A DNA stretch of 64,000 bases from Mytilus californianus (Eukaryota): contig NW_026262581.1 of the NCBI RefSeq assembly GCF_021869535.1, positions 47,182,001 through 47,246,000 of the forward strand. The letters run 5' to 3'. The translations under genes were made by a program, and so were the position numbers. Under the pieces are notes generated by a model. It had not been told where the DNA came from. It saw nothing but the letters and a program-made list of their open reading frames with translations, and did no database searches. Positions 38,542 to 53,003 of the stretch are shown here, in pieces; the first letter of the stretch is position 1; every line of letters begins with the position of its first letter.

Positions 38542-39645
38542 CTACATAAGCCTATTGTTCATTTTTACGACATGAATTCTTCCGTTTGCTTCATTTTCGC
38601 CTTTACCTCATCAAATTAATAAATATTCTTCAGTGTCAAAGCATACGCTATATGGATAGGTAATGCCCAAGTCTTTGAAAATGAACTGAAGTCCAAGTAA
38701 ATCTCCTTATGAATTTATAACATGTAGTACATCGTTATCGTGATCTGCACTTACAATGGTATCACTTGGCGTTATAGTAATCCCATGTGGTTCTAATGTT
38801 TCTTAATCCTTTTGCCTGTCGTAGGTAAACTTCAAGTGGCCATTTCTATCTACAGCTACTATTCTACCGTGGTGGTCACTGTCAAATTTGTCAATTACAT
38901 ATACAACTTTTCTAGAATCAGTGCGAATTCTTCCTGCATAACTGAACAATGTATTCCCTTTTTTATAAAATTCTAATGTTACTTTCCATTGATTATCATT
39001 TCGAAAAATTGTAACTTGTCTGACCGAAAAATCCTGGGCTGGATGCGGCGGTCCTTGTTCTCTTAATCCAACTATTACTTCATTATCTTTGTTTACATGT
39101 ATGCCCAAAGGTCGGACTTGAGAAATATCTAACACAGACTTGACTTCACCCGTAGGTGATAAAATTTGTACTCTGTTGGTATCATATTCAATAAAAAGTA
39201 TTTCGCCGTCTTTATTTATTGCAAAGTCAAATATACTTATTTTTAACTTCTGCAATGTCTTTATTGAAGATTTCAAAAGTTTACCTTTCACATATGAATC
39301 TCCCTCAGATGATACACAGCAATTGGTTAAGTAAACTAAATCGTCGTCCGAGCAGAGTAAAGTATAAACCGATGGTAGAGTAGTATTGTATGATTTGAAA
39401 ACTGATGAAATCACTGCAGAGGTTACCTCCTGGAAACCTGGTGATAACATGCTGATATCCTAAATAGAAATAACGTCATGATCTTGTGTGGACGGAAGTC
39501 CTTGATGGACGGTAACTTTACAGGAGTTACACATGCGAACATTGCAATCGTCACATTTCCATTTAATATCTTGTTCTTTGCAAAAATAGCATGAAACTGA
39601 CACTTATGCTTTTCTTATACTTAAGGATTTTATTAATACTGCCAT
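38542..39645 (-). pseudogene. B-box + NHL-like beta-propeller gene (TRIM-like), copy 2
   Basis: ATG at 39645; B-box SCYFCKEQDIKWKCDDCNVRMCNSCKVTVH...H; in-frame stops at 39604-06, 39460-62 and 38803-05, plus more near the 3' end; propeller ORF 38803-39450. Confidence 0.93.
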
Positions 39646-40559
39646 TACTACAAGTGAAAAAACAAAATGGTCACGTGTTTTACTTCCTTGTACATTGTAA
39701 CTCGGTAAACAGTGTCAAAGATAAGAACTTGAATACCTACTTTTCACGGCGTAACGATATATTTATCGATATACACAAGTTTAAAGATTTGTACAAAGCT
39801 ACTTATAAGAATATATACGGTAACAGTATCATTTGTATATTGGACATATTGATGTCACATTATATCTGAAATGATTAAAGGTGATATACCAACAAACGTG
39901 ACTGGCTTTATTATTTATAGAAGTTTCATAAATTTTGATCACACGATGGATTGGCCGGTGTCTCATCATACATGTCGTATAATTTTGACGGCAGGCAAAA
40001 ACTCTCCCCCTTTTCATATATTGATTTCTGCCAAAATCACTACCAATATATATTATGGGTCTGCATTGGGTTTACAGAATAGAGAATAATGGGCAAAATA
40101 AAGTCCCCAAAAATAAGGAATAGAGAAATATCGGCCGAAAAAAAATAGAGAATAGTCGGGCGCTAAATTATGAAGAATAGAGTAAAATGGGCCGAAAAAT
40201 AGTCTGAAAAAATAAAGAATAAATGAACACCCATCCCCAAACCCCCCACCCCCCGTCCTACACCCTATCCAGACCCTCATATATATTTCATAGTAAATTC
40301 ATAACCCTTTTCCCATATATATATTTCCAGCTATCAGACATCCAATCTGTGACATTTTATCTGCATTTGTACAGTAAATGTTAACCATATAGAATCATTC
40401 ATATGATTAGATAAAAAGATCAGTACACAGTTTTTACAGACATCTTAACAGAAGATGAACAAGTATGACCCATTTACATATACATGTCTACCTATTGTTG
40501 TATTACTTCCGTGAAATATCACCCTATTGAAAATTTTGTTTTCCAAAAAAATTACCAAT

Positions 40560-41200
40560 GCCAGCCGGGCACGTCTGTGTATACCGGACCCCCCGTGACT
40601 CTAAGCTATCAAACTTAAAAGCAACCTCAGAATTTGAAAATGTAAAAAGTGCCGAGGAAAATTTTTAAAGATCATTTTTTTGAAATTGTAAACAAACATA
40701 TTCCCATATTCCAATGAAAAGGGAAACCACCACAACCTCCACCCCTTTCAAGAATAAAGCCTTACGTAAAGAAATCTTCAAGAAGAGAAAGTTGCATGAT
40801 GTGTTTTTTTTATAAAAGAATAGATCAAAAACAATCTGGGACAAATACAGAAACTAAGTGAAAAAAAAAATTTTAAAAAGTATAGGAGGACCAAAATCAG
40901 GTGATTTTTGACAACTATAAAACCATTTTTGTCGAATAAAGGTGTCAACACTATAACACTTATAACATAACACATTGTGAAGATGGACACATATGTAATG
41001 TTCCATCCGTGTTTAGACTCACGCGGATACTGTCTTGAATCTATCGACGTTTGTCTAAATCTCATTTTATTCATATCACGGTCATACTTTGAACGAAAAA
41101 TATATTTTATGTCTACCTGTGCGAATTTCAAACGCGCGATTTTAAGCCAGTGCTTAAAACCTTCCATCCTTTATGGGTTAATTTTACATAGATAAATATA
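40560..41200 (+). mobile_element. Highly decayed LINE ORF2 relic, related to 60780-61640
   Basis: 40780-41010 aligns with 60990-61280 (CCATTTTTGTCGAATAAA and GTGAAGATGGA...GTAA(A)TGTTCCATCC shared); the partner region carries RT motifs. Confidence 0.45.
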
Positions 41201-41264
41201 ATCGTATAATAATAAAGCAAAATGAGGATGTTAAATTTGATCTATGCATTTTTGTGATTCTTCG

Positions 41265-41610
41265 TTACATTTGTTTGTTTTTATAGTGATTAAGATGATA
41301 ACACAATGTTGACTGCTGTATCCCTATTTTTGACATTTTTACCTATTGTGTCTGTTTGCTTTGTTCACGCATCGTTGTCAATATAATGGAATTTGATGCG
41401 ACTGTTATACAAGAGAGAGGTTAAGCTAGCTATACAACCAGGTTCAATCCACCATTTTTCTACATAAGAAAATGCTTGTACCAAGTCAGGAATATGATAG
41501 TCGTTATCCATTCGTTAAATATGTTTGAGCTTTTGATTTTGCCATTTGATTAGGGACTTTCCTTTTTGAATTTTCCTCGGAGTTCGGTATTTTTGTGATT
41601 TTACTTTATA
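41265..41610 (+). mobile_element. Naiad family C 3' region
   Basis: Matches 10800-11070, the tail of the RT fragment at 10 kb. Confidence 0.8.
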
Positions 41611-42904
41611 CTCATACATGTAATACTATGGTTTTATGCCTTCCGCTAAACAAGAAGAAGTAAATTTATATTCGAGTTTTAATGCCAACAAAAAGTGACA
41701 TCTTTAAATCAATGAGCCTCGAAGAGACTTTTAGAAATATTAATAGGCAATTAAATTTTTCCTTCAATCGACCTTCGAATTTATGAACCTTAGCACCAGT
41801 TTATAGATGAACATTTTAACGCGAGTTATGGAACTTTGAATATTTATTGGAACATTTTAAAAATGACACATTGTGAATGCTACCTCTCTGAGATAGTTTA
41901 CAGAAGGGTCTTTTACTTAGTAGGACTGTTTGTCATAGTATGTAGTTTTGTATATTATACCGTCATTTTGACTAAACTATCTTTACGGGAGTTCTATGGC
42001 TTTAACGATTTTAGGAATATTGGTATTCCTTGTGAACTCCTCTGAGACCATTTGACAGAAAACTCTCATATTTGGTAGGATTGGTTGCCATCATGTGTAG
42101 TTGAACATATGATACCTTAGTTTTGTAAAGTTCTGTGACTTTTGACTATTTGTTAGATTATTAAAAAAACAACACCTTTGAACCAAACTCTTCTGAGACC
42201 GTTTTACAGACGGCTCTCATACTTGGTAGTATTGTTTGTCATCATGTGACACGGGAGTTATGGGGTTTTGACTATATTTTAGGTATTGTTAAAGTGTCAC
42301 ATTGTGGATGCTACTCTTCTGATACCATTTGATACAGAGAAAGCTCTCATACATGATAGGATTGTTTGACATCAAGTGTTAGTTGACCAAATTATACCAT
42401 AAGTTTGATTTGACCATTTTTAAGAATTATTATGGTATTGAAAAACAGAATGATTTCGCCCGGTAATTAAAATCAATTTGCCTATACAGGTAGACAAGAC
42501 TGTCTGGTACATTATGTACATTATATAGAATCCACAATGACTCCGATTGTTTTGATCGAAAACAAACATTTTGTTACCCGGGCCATTTATAGCTTACTTC
42601 ACAGAATAGGTTTTGATAATTGATGAAGGCCGCACGGTGATGTTGTTGTTTACATCCTTGTCCTTTGGTCATTTGGTTGAAACATGCAGTTGCCGCGGTG
42701 TCAATCACACCACATATTTCTCATTTCTATATAAGATATCCGTATACCGTATAGAATATAGCAAGATGAGAAAAAATCTAAATAATACCAAACGGCACCC
42801 CAAACTGTACGGATGGAACATTATTCTTGTGAACAAACATGCTTTACGAAGAATGTAATTCACAAAAGAATATTTGCACAAAATTGCGAAACACATTTCC
42901 ATTT

Positions 42905-43985
42905 ATATAAAAATAAGGAGATGTGGTATGATTGCCGATGAGACAACTATCCACCAAAGTTCAAATGAAGTGGATGTAAGCAATTATATGTAAGCGTACG
43001 ACATTAAACAATGAGAAAAACCCATACCGTATAGTGGGCTTTAAAATGCCCCGACATGAAAAATATGAAACAATTCAATTGAGAAAACTAACGGCCTAAT
43101 TTAAAACAAAATAATTTACGAAAAACAAATATGACGGGCATGAACAAACGACAATCACTGAACTACAGGTTCCTGACTTGGGACAGGTACATAAAGAATG
43201 TGGCGGGTTTTATCGTGTTTGTGAGCGCTCAACCCTTCCCCCAACCTGGGACAGTGGTGTAACAGCACAACATAAGAACAAACTATAAAAAGCAGTTGAA
43301 AAAGGCTTAACATATCAGCTCGGTACAAAGAAAAACATCAAACAAAAACACAGACAGGACGTGGTAGGGTTTATATCCACTCTCATCCCTAACAATAACG
43401 AAAAAACACTAAGTACAGATCTGAGAGTTCTCGCAGTTACTGACAGCTAGTTCAAAGCCAATAATAACTAATAAAACATCATGTACCTAAGACTAAAATA
43501 TCAATCAGTACACATCTAACATCTAATAAATTTAGTGTAAAAACGTAATTAATAGTCAGAGAAAAACATGAACTTGTGCAAAGCAAAAAAATAGGTATCG
43601 ACGGATTGTAGTACCGTGCAAATACATATGTGTAATATTTAGTATATTTCTAATTTACTAATAACAAAATTAGTATTTATACCAATAAAAACCAATATTC
43701 AAAGATTTAGTTACAGTATTAAATAGGGAAACTTTTAGAATAAGTTTATTTAAAGGATTGACAAGTTTACCCGAATCGTATTTAAATTTCCAGGCTCGCT
43801 TATCAACATCACCGTACAATTTAGGATGTGCTATTCCGTTTGCAATAAGTTTTCTACAGGTACAGCCAAACTTGCGGACCCAATCTTTGTATCTATTGAA
43901 GAATTTAATAAAGGTTTTAAGTAATTTATGATAACGAAATCCCTGACTTAATAATTTACTAGTTTTTATTAGTAAATTATTAATT
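42905..43985 (-). mobile_element. 5'-truncated Naiad (family A): RT C-terminus 43639-43985 plus 3' region, not in the ORF track
   Basis: Minus strand reads KLLSQGFRYHKLLKTFIKFFNRYKDWVRKFGCTCRKLIANGIAHPKLYG, homologous to KLLHQGFRYHKLVKTFTKCYHRYKD of the 21004-21423 ORF. Confidence 0.85.
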
Positions 43986-44781
43986 CATAATTTATAAGTT
44001 AAGTACAATAATTTGCACACACATCAAAGATGAAGGTTCCAAACATCCGTAGTCAGCGGAATATTTTTAACGCAATGAGTGAGGGCGTTCAAATCAGCCT
44101 TCCATATAATGCATAGAAAGCTGTAATAATATAATAAGTATAATTGAACCATTCATGACACGAAATCATTACGCCCGTATGAAAAAGCAAAAGCAAAGAA
44201 TAGTGCTTGTTTTCTTGTTTTTTTTCTCAAATTCACAGTCAGGCCATCAATATGGAGCAAAAACTCTCTCAACACAGTGTATGTTAAAGACGGCGTCTAG
44301 CCTTTTGGCAGAATTCTTTGCTAAATGTTAATCCTGGTACATCACACAGCTGAACGGTAATGTCAACAAATTATATATTATGGCTAGCAAAGACATCCAA
44401 TCAATGATGTCATAAATAGCAAGATAAAGGCAGTAACTGTATAGCTCAGAAATAAAACAAACATCAAGATAACGATAGGGACCATCAAGATATATTTTCA
44501 AATCAGATATTTGGTGGGGAATTGCATATGAATGCAAACAATTCTTGTGGACTGCAAAACAATTTCAATAAATCAATCAAGCGATCAAATGATGAAGCAC
44601 ATAAAACAAAACTCATCTCAAAAATTAAAACACCGTTAATTTTCTTAATTTCAAAGTCAGTGAGGCCTCCATCGTGAAGTAGAAACTCTTAACGCGCTCT
44701 CGACGGTCCCTATATGTTTTAAATAATTCTTTTTTTTTTTTTTTGACAACATTTACAACAAAAGTTTTAATGCATAGCATA

Positions 44782-45873
44782 TTACATAAGCTTGTCTGTC
44801 ATTTTCACAACATGGATTTTACCATAGTTCTCATTTTTGCCATAAGCGCTTCCGATTAATAAATATCCTTCACTGTCTATGCATAAACTGCGTGGGGATT
44901 CTAGACCAAGATCGTTGTAAATTAACTGCAGACCAAGTAACTCGCCTTTCGAATTAAGAACATGTAGTGAATCATGACTAATGTCTGCAACTACAATGGT
45001 ATCACTAGGCGATATAGTAATTCCTTGTGGGTTGAATGTTCATGAATTCTTATGTCCGTTGTAGGTAAACTTCAAACGGCCATTTCTATCTACAGCTAAT
45101 ACTTTCTCATTGTTCTCGGTCAAACAATCAAGAACATAGATAATATTTCTAGAATCAGTACGAATACGTAATGTATAACTGAACAATTTATTCCCTTTTT
45201 TGTCAAATTCTAATGTAACTTTCCGTTGATAATCACTATCGAAAATTATCACTTGTTTGACAGAAAAATCCTGGGCCGGAAACGGTGGTCCTTGTTCTCG
45301 TATTCCAACTATTACCTCGTTGTCTTTGTTTACATGTATGGTCAAAGGTTTCATTGGAGTTGTATCTAACATAGCCTTGACTTCATCAGTATGTGATAAA
45401 ATTTGAATTTTGTTGGTGCCATATTCTATAAAAAGCATTTCGCCGTCTTTATTATTGCAAAGTCAGATATACTTCTCTTTAACATCTGCAATATCTTAAT
45501 TGATGATTTCAAAAGTTTTCCTTTCACAAACTGATGATCGTCACATTTGTTACTGCACCAATTATAGTAAAGTAAATCGTCATTTGAGCAAAGTAAAGTA
45601 TGAACAGAAGGCAAGGTAGATGTGTATGAATTGAAAACTGATGAAATAACTACAGACGTTACCTCCTGATGATGACTTGCTGATACCCTGAATAGAAACA
45701 ACGTCATGATCTTGTGCAGACTGAAGTCCTTGATGAACAGTAAATTTACATGAGTTACACATGCGAACATTGCAATCGTCACATTTCCATTTAATCTCTT
45801 GTCCTTTGCAGAAATAGCACGAAACTGGCACTTGCGCTTTTCTAATACTTGATGATTTCAATGATTTCGCAAT
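44782..45873 (-). pseudogene. B-box + NHL-like beta-propeller gene, copy 3
   Basis: Start codon position reads ATT; 8-nt deletion in the linker near 45670; second frameshift near 45440; stop at 45040-42. ORF pieces 45580-45861, 45426-45782 and 45040-45438 tile the paralog. Confidence 0.93.
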
Positions 45874-46899
45874 TTCTACAGTAAAAATACAACATTACGT
45901 GACGTGTATTTCTCTATTATTTGTTACTAGATATACAGTGTCAAAGATTAATACTTGACTTTTTTTATATGTAATACTATTTAAAGTGTTGCCTTCCCAT
46001 GGCCTATAGATAAAAAAAGTTATCATCAATATATAGTCTAAAGATTAGTTCAACGATACTGATGAAAGATAAATACGACACTTTCAATCTATCCTACAGT
46101 TTATTAAGGATGTACGCTACTCTGTTTCAAAATAAAAAAAAACATACATTCAACATTGGCACCTTTATACCTTCCAAAAACTATGAAAAAATAACATAGA
46201 TTTAGTTGAATTATGGCTTTTTAAACTATATGTAATAAAATTATGAAAAGAAAATGAAGGGTAAGCGGGCAATATTTTTAATGGCACTACACTGATAAAG
46301 CCAGATGAAACGAAATATCTGACAAAATTTCAAAAATAAGAGGAGCAAACATCCTTCAAAATAAAGAGGCAATATATCAAAAAAATTGTTCATAGTCAAA
46401 ATTAAATTTCAATCAAGAAGTTGATAACCGAAGGAGTTATACCTCATTTAAGTTCATCATTGGAAGCCCATTATGCGTGTAAAAACTTACAAAATTGTTT
46501 TACTTACATTGGTGTTCTATCTAGCCTCTTCAAATAGATACATTTTTTTAATGCAGTGTATATCTTTCTTTCAAAAGGCGTCCTTGTTCATTTCGATTAC
46601 TTACTCTATCTACAAATTAGACTGAAACGTTTTGTACCAATCAATAGAATAGAGCAAAAGTTTAACGTTTCCCTTTTATTTAAAAAAAATAATAAACCAA
46701 AATTAAATGAAAATTTAAAGGCCGATTTCCCTCTTGGGTGTTTTGTCAGAATGTATGGAGCGCTGTGTTTATAAACATGTTTACAATCACTTAAAAAGTT
46801 ATAAGTTTCTTAGCAATTATCACTAAGGGGACTCAACAGTAAATCAAATGTAAAATATTTTAGATGGGTTCTGTAATACTATGAACGGTACCAATTTTA

Positions 46900-48230
46900 C
46901 TGGTAAAGTTCTCGATAGTGGTAAAAAAATAAGGGTTGTTTTCTGTGATATACATATGCGCAAAGCCTTCGATAAAGGTTGATATAAAGGGTTTTTTTCA
47001 AATTACATCAAGCTGGAATATCTGGTAATTTATTGAAATAGTTTGAAAATTATCTATCAGAAGGAACCAAAGTGTGGCAATAAATGGGCCAAGTCTCGAA
47101 TGGCTACTGCTTCAATCAAGGATACCCTAAGGATCTATCATAGGCCTCTACTGTTTTATGTATAAATGGCATTGTCGAGGTAGTCATGCAGAAATAAGAC
47201 TATTGTTAATGATACTTCATTGTACTTAGAAGTACCCGATTGAAGCTGCTACAACACTAAACAATGACTTATATAGAATAAAAATACAGTTAATCAACGA
47301 AATGGCTTGCTAATTTTAATGTTAAACCATGAATATTTCTTAGACAAAACTAAATTGTAGCACCTTCTTTTAAACCTAAATAACAAAGAACTCAAACTAG
47401 TTGACAATCACAAACATATTTGTGTTTGATTTTCTAATAATTAATTTCCGCAAAACCGTATCGAATACATAATGAAAAATCTTATTTACGGGTCAATATT
47501 TTAAGGACACTGGAAACGTACTTGAACGGTTCACTCTGAAAAATTTTATATATGTCGTTTATAAGGCCAATATTAGAATTTTGTATCGGACAGACATTTA
47601 ACAAACATAATACAAAGACTTCAAAATATTCAGCTTGATACCGCACGCATAGTTTAATACAGGTCGGACAAAACTCATAAATATTGGTACATTTGTAAAT
47701 TATATGCTTAGTGGGAAAAGTTTTCAGAAAGATTGGAAAATCATAGATCATTAATGCTCTTGTCACAAAATTTAGTACGTAAACACCTAGCTGTCTTCGT
47801 GAACAAATACCACGTTAAGTAGGAAGTAGATATACCATTATACAAGGCAAAGTCACAATGTCTTAGAAATCACTACACGAATTCGCTTTTATTTTGAACA
47901 CTTCTTCCCTGCAACAGTAAAATTATGGAATAAGATATCTTTTAATATAGACAATGTGACTCTATCTTTTAATAAAGAAAACATAAAGTTATGTGTAAAC
48001 AAAATAAAAAAAGTTCCAACATATTATTATGTTGGAAACCGCATTGGACAAACTCTTTTTGTACGCTTGCGAATAAACTCCCATCTATTTTTACGTAATT
48101 AAGTGGATTTTAGCCAAAATTGTCGTTGTGGTGTCATAGAAACACGCTCTCATTTTTTGTTAACGTGTCCTCTAACTATTAGAACATACTCCAAGTGCTA
48201 ATGAATTCTCATGAATGATTTTGTGCAGTA
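46900..48230 (+). mobile_element. Decayed CR1-type LINE (RT and C-terminal region), not in the ORF track
   Basis: LDSGKKIRVVFCDI..KAFDK at 46911-46976, a PxGSIIGxLLF-like stretch near 47130, and CRCGVIETRSHFLLTCPL at 48121-48174. Confidence 0.8.
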
Positions 48231-49199
48231 TATTGGTGTTAACATTTTGCTTTTTTGGGTCAGATTAATTTAGTTAAATGACGAAGGAAACAGTACTTTT
48301 TTTGTTTTGGTACAACAATATATATTGATAAGTAAAAGGTTCACACCTTAATATAAAAGTTTCTTTAATATGTTTCATTCTATTTAATTTATTTCATTCA
48401 CTTGTTGTTTTTTTTTTCTCTCCCTTTTTTCTCACACTACAATACAATCAATCCTATTTTGTATGTACTATTTTTACTATTTTCCAATTGACAGAGCATG
48501 ATCCAAGTATTCATTACATCATATGTAATCATTTTTTGAGAGACAGATTGAAATAGGCAGTGTTGCTTGCTTCTGGATCCTGTTTATAATGAATTATATA
48601 GCATGATTTGACTTATTGAATATTGTTTAAGGGATAAACATACGACTTGGTTAAAATGTCTTTTACTGTTATATATCTTATTCGACCAGAATATTTTTTT
48701 ATTTCAGTGGTAAAGTAAATAGTTGTAGATAGTTGTTCATTTACAATCATACCACGACTCATATTTTAATGTAAGAACTTTTAAGTGTTATTCCTTTTCG
48801 ATAACTGAAATTGAGTTGTCAACCGTAAGGGGATCCAAAAATGTTTTTTAAGCTATTTGGACATTTTTATGATCTCATTTTCAATAAAAAAAAAATCTAC
48901 ACCAACTTCTGTAAGACAATTCAGGACAGACATCAAAACTCGGGATAAGAGATTTTGGCCTTAAGTGTAAAACTTTTGTCCGGAAACGATTTCTTTTTTA
49001 AAACAAACTGTTAATACAGAAATAGCATGGCTCGCCTATATGCATTTTTGATAGTAATATAAAATACAAATGTTAAAATTAAAATGACATGACTTCAATA
49101 TGTAAAGTTTTGAAATCTTTCAAATTCAATGCACCACCACTGTTAACTGACCTTTTCAAATTGTAAACTATGCAAAAGCTTCATAGTAAAAAACAATGA

Positions 49200-49520
49200 C
49201 TAAAGAGGCGGGTGTCTGTCATATTTGTTATTCGTTTTTCATGCCCAAAGTCTGAGCCCGTACTCGATGGCCAGTAGTTGTCGTTGTTGCTGTCTTTAAT
49301 ATTTGTTTTCGTTTATTGTTTTAGCATACATCCTCTGATTTTGGGTTTTTTTATTTAATCGTTTAACATCTTGTCATAGTGATGCCTCTAAGAGATTGCT
49401 ATACGGTTTGGGTTTTGCCCATTTTGAAAGCCCTGCGATGACCTATAGTTATTTACATCCTCGTTCGTTGGTCTCTGGTCGTTTGTTGTCTCGATGGCTA
49501 TCATGCCTCATCTCCTTATG
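49200..49520 (+). mobile_element. Old Naiad family A-like 3' fragment
   Basis: Degenerate match ending GTTGTCTCGATGGCTATCATGCCTCATCTCCTTA. Confidence 0.55.
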
Positions 49521-52419
49521 TTAATACACATGAATAGGGCATGTATCCCCTCTTTCTCACACATTCTTTGAATGACATTTCTCTATTATTTAAGCTTAAT
49601 TTCCTTTTTCCAATGTGTTTTTTCTATCACTTACATAATCTTATATTGGGAGAATTTAACATGTACATGTACTCTTTATCTAGACTGGTGTACAACACGT
49701 GTACAGAACAAAAGATTACAGGGAAGACAAACACGTGCTGCTCCCAATGTTATATTGTTTGAGAAATAACAGGAACACATTGAATAAAATAGAATAAGCT
49801 GAAAATCTATGGAAAATATCTGTATCATAAAAAAAGAGATCCGTGAAAAGGTTCGGAAAATCTGCAATTCTAACTTATTTAGCTCGATAACCATCTAGAG
49901 AAAATTTCGATATTTTTCCTTGTTTCCATATTTTACTAAAAAATGAACTTAGTTCATTTTCTGCATCATCATTTAGGAACAGTCTGATTGAGGTAAAACA
50001 AAATATTTCGCTATGACATTTTTCAAGAGAAATTTAATATTTTTACACGGTAAAAACTAAAAACTATTACATAATTATATTTTGCAGTACTTCTATATTA
50101 TGTCTGCAAGGTCCAAATTGCACTTCCAAATAGCAAACAAAAACAGAATTTTCATTGAAAAAAGGAGATACTTTATACAGCCGGATTAAGCTGATTAAAA
50201 ACATGGCCAAATTAATCATATAAGCTATTCTTGTGGATTTGCCGAATCTGATAACAAAAGGTTCAATATTATGAATAGGCAAATTTCGTTGTATGGAATC
50301 AACTACTACTCCGATTGTTTTGATCTATGATAAAAAATATACGCATCTTGCGTATATTTTTAGGAACAATCATTTAACTTCAAGGAGGGGAAGAGGTCAA
50401 CAGATGACCACATGTTTATATTTTTTTCAACTACAATAAAATCAAGTTATTTTTTATTACCGAGTCAGATTTTAAATTTCAATGCTAAGAAAGTAAAAGG
50501 TGTGTGTATTCCTATGAAATCACACGCAGTAAATAAAGCTTGTATATACTGTAAATTTGTTTAATAAAACATGTGCAGGGGCGGATCCAGGGTCCGAGAA
50601 AAGGAGGCGTAATAGTGCATAATGGTAAACAAAAGTCGTCGAAATGTCTTTTTTACGATTTTATGCCAAAATATTATATTTTTTTCGATCAAAGGGTGGC
50701 GGACTCACTTTACCCCATCCTCTTTCCACCACCACCCCCATTAAACCTGCCACTAATTTGCATACACTTTTCCTGTTTTAAATATATCTCACTTATCTTT
50801 TGTATTTTTTTTTATTATACATGTAGAGGACATAGCGCAATGTTGAATGAAGATGCAAATTTATTACTAAAACGGCTGAGACTGGAGTTAAAGGTGGGAG
50901 TAATGACAGCGTAGTAATAAAAAAGACACCAACTATCTTATTATTAGCAAACAGTTTTGATTTGCGAGTCGTAATTCCATCGTTTAAAATAAAGTATCGT
51001 ATTCACTACAATTCAGCAACAATATCCCCCAAAAAAGTACACATAGGATTCTATTTGAATTATCTATAATCAAAACTTTATTTTCGACGGCATTTTCGGG
51101 CAGAATTTCTGTCACATACAGTATCAAGCGGGTAAAAAACGATCACTATCCATTTCGTGCCATTCCTCTTCTGTTCATCTACTTAATATTAACTGTGCTA
51201 TTAAACTAAGTTGAATCATTTTGTAATATTGAACACATTAACATAATTCAATAATGAAAGTTAGAGAAAACACATACCTCTCTTTAAAATGTTTTTCAAT
51301 TCAACTGTTTAGTATAATTATTTTTCTTCTTCTTTGAATTTAAAATGCTGTATTTTGATTACGTACGGCAAAGATTTTTTTGCATTTTAATACATTAAAA
51401 AAAAGAAGATATAGTCGGTGGATGTACATGATACAACACTGTTGTTAATACTTATAGCGTTATTTGCTTGGTTCTACAATAGTATTGTGTTTAGAACAAA
51501 AACTTCAAGAAATTGAAATGGTCGAAATGGCAAAATCGGTCTAGTCTGAATGTTCCGATTGTTAAAATTTTAATACACTACTAATTATAAGGGATACCTT
51601 TAGGGGTGTGGATAAAATTAAAACTTAAATATTGGGCACGATTTATGTTCAATTTTCAACGGAAACGTGTGACATCATCGATTACAGTGACTGTTTGTGT
51701 TATATACCCGGTGGCGAATATTACAGTATATCGGCAATGTACAATATAATAAGATCAATAAAAAGGGCATACAATTATACCAATTATCAGCAAAAATTCG
51801 TTAATGATCCTCGAAATTTATCAAAAAGATACACAAAAGGATTTTGGAAGAACAAAGTTAATAGAAACAAAGCTACAGGGGCCTGTTAATCGAAGCGCTC
51901 TTATGACTAGGACATGTCCTGAGACCATCTTAGGGCATGTCATTGTCCAAAGTGGGTTAATCAAACGTGTCGTAACTTACGAAAAGTCACAGGAATTGTC
52001 CTAATTTATGACACCTATTTAGTTGTCTTACGATGGTCTTAGGATGATCATAACTTTAGAATGTATACTATGATATTATTTTTATTTATTTTTTTGTAAT
52101 GTGATATACTATGATCATGGTTAATTTGTAATTGTTTAAACAAATACGACCGCCCTCTATATATATATATTTAGACCCCTCTAACAAGAAATTTGTTTTG
52201 CATGCACACGTATAAAAATTGCGGTTTTTATCCAACGCAATCATAGGTTTCAACGTTTTTTTCAATTTAGACTTGTTTATATTTTTTCGTTTGGGCTTGT
52301 ATTATATTTGCCTTCGGGTTTATATGATCCGTTCATCCTATTTTGACTCCTCAAAATTCTAGAGTCTATCCCAAATTGAGGTAAATTATGTGGCCTTCCA
52401 ATAACCGTTTTGATTCCTA

Positions 52420-52463
52420 ACATCACTGAAGAGACATTAATTGTCGAAATCCGGATATGGTGT
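52420..52463 (+). ncRNA. Minimal type-I hammerhead ribozyme, predicted cleavage after A52457
   Basis: Stem I ACATCA/TGGTGT, core CTGAAGA, stem II GACA-TTAAT-TGTC, GAAA, palindromic stem III TCCGGA, AUA cleavage triplet. Confidence 0.85.
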
Positions 52464-52959
52464 ACCAAAAATATTTGCACCTTTGTTTGCGGTATACCAT
52501 CTTCGCCGCAAGTTTATTGTTTTCTGTTTGGTATTAAATTTAAAGTTAAGATCCATTTATTACACCTTGTGATCCGTTTATTTGGCAATCGCCAATGGCA
52601 GTCAGCAGGATATAAGAACATTTGTTGTTCGACCTGTTAGTCAAATGCGTTTTGTTAAAATATACTTTTTCACATTTTTGATCTTTTGGAAAATGTTGTT
52701 TGTGCTGTATTTAGACCCCTCTAACAAGAAATTTGTTTTGCATGCACACGTATAAAAATTGCGGTTTTTATCCAACGCAATCATAGGTTTGAACGTTGTT
52801 TTCAATTTAGACTTGTTTATATTTTTTCGTTTGGGCTTGTATTATATTTGCCTTCGGGTTTATATGATCCGTTCATCCTATTTTGACTCCTCAAAATTCA
52901 AGAGTCTATCCCAAATTGAGGTAAGTTATGTGGCCTTCCAAAAACCGTTTTGATTCCTA

Positions 52960-53003
52960 ACATCACTGAAGAGACATTAATTGTCGAAATCCGTATATGG
53001 TGT
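52960..53003 (+). ncRNA. Minimal type-I hammerhead ribozyme, second unit
   Basis: Identical to 52420-52463 except stem III reads TCCGTA. Confidence 0.8.
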
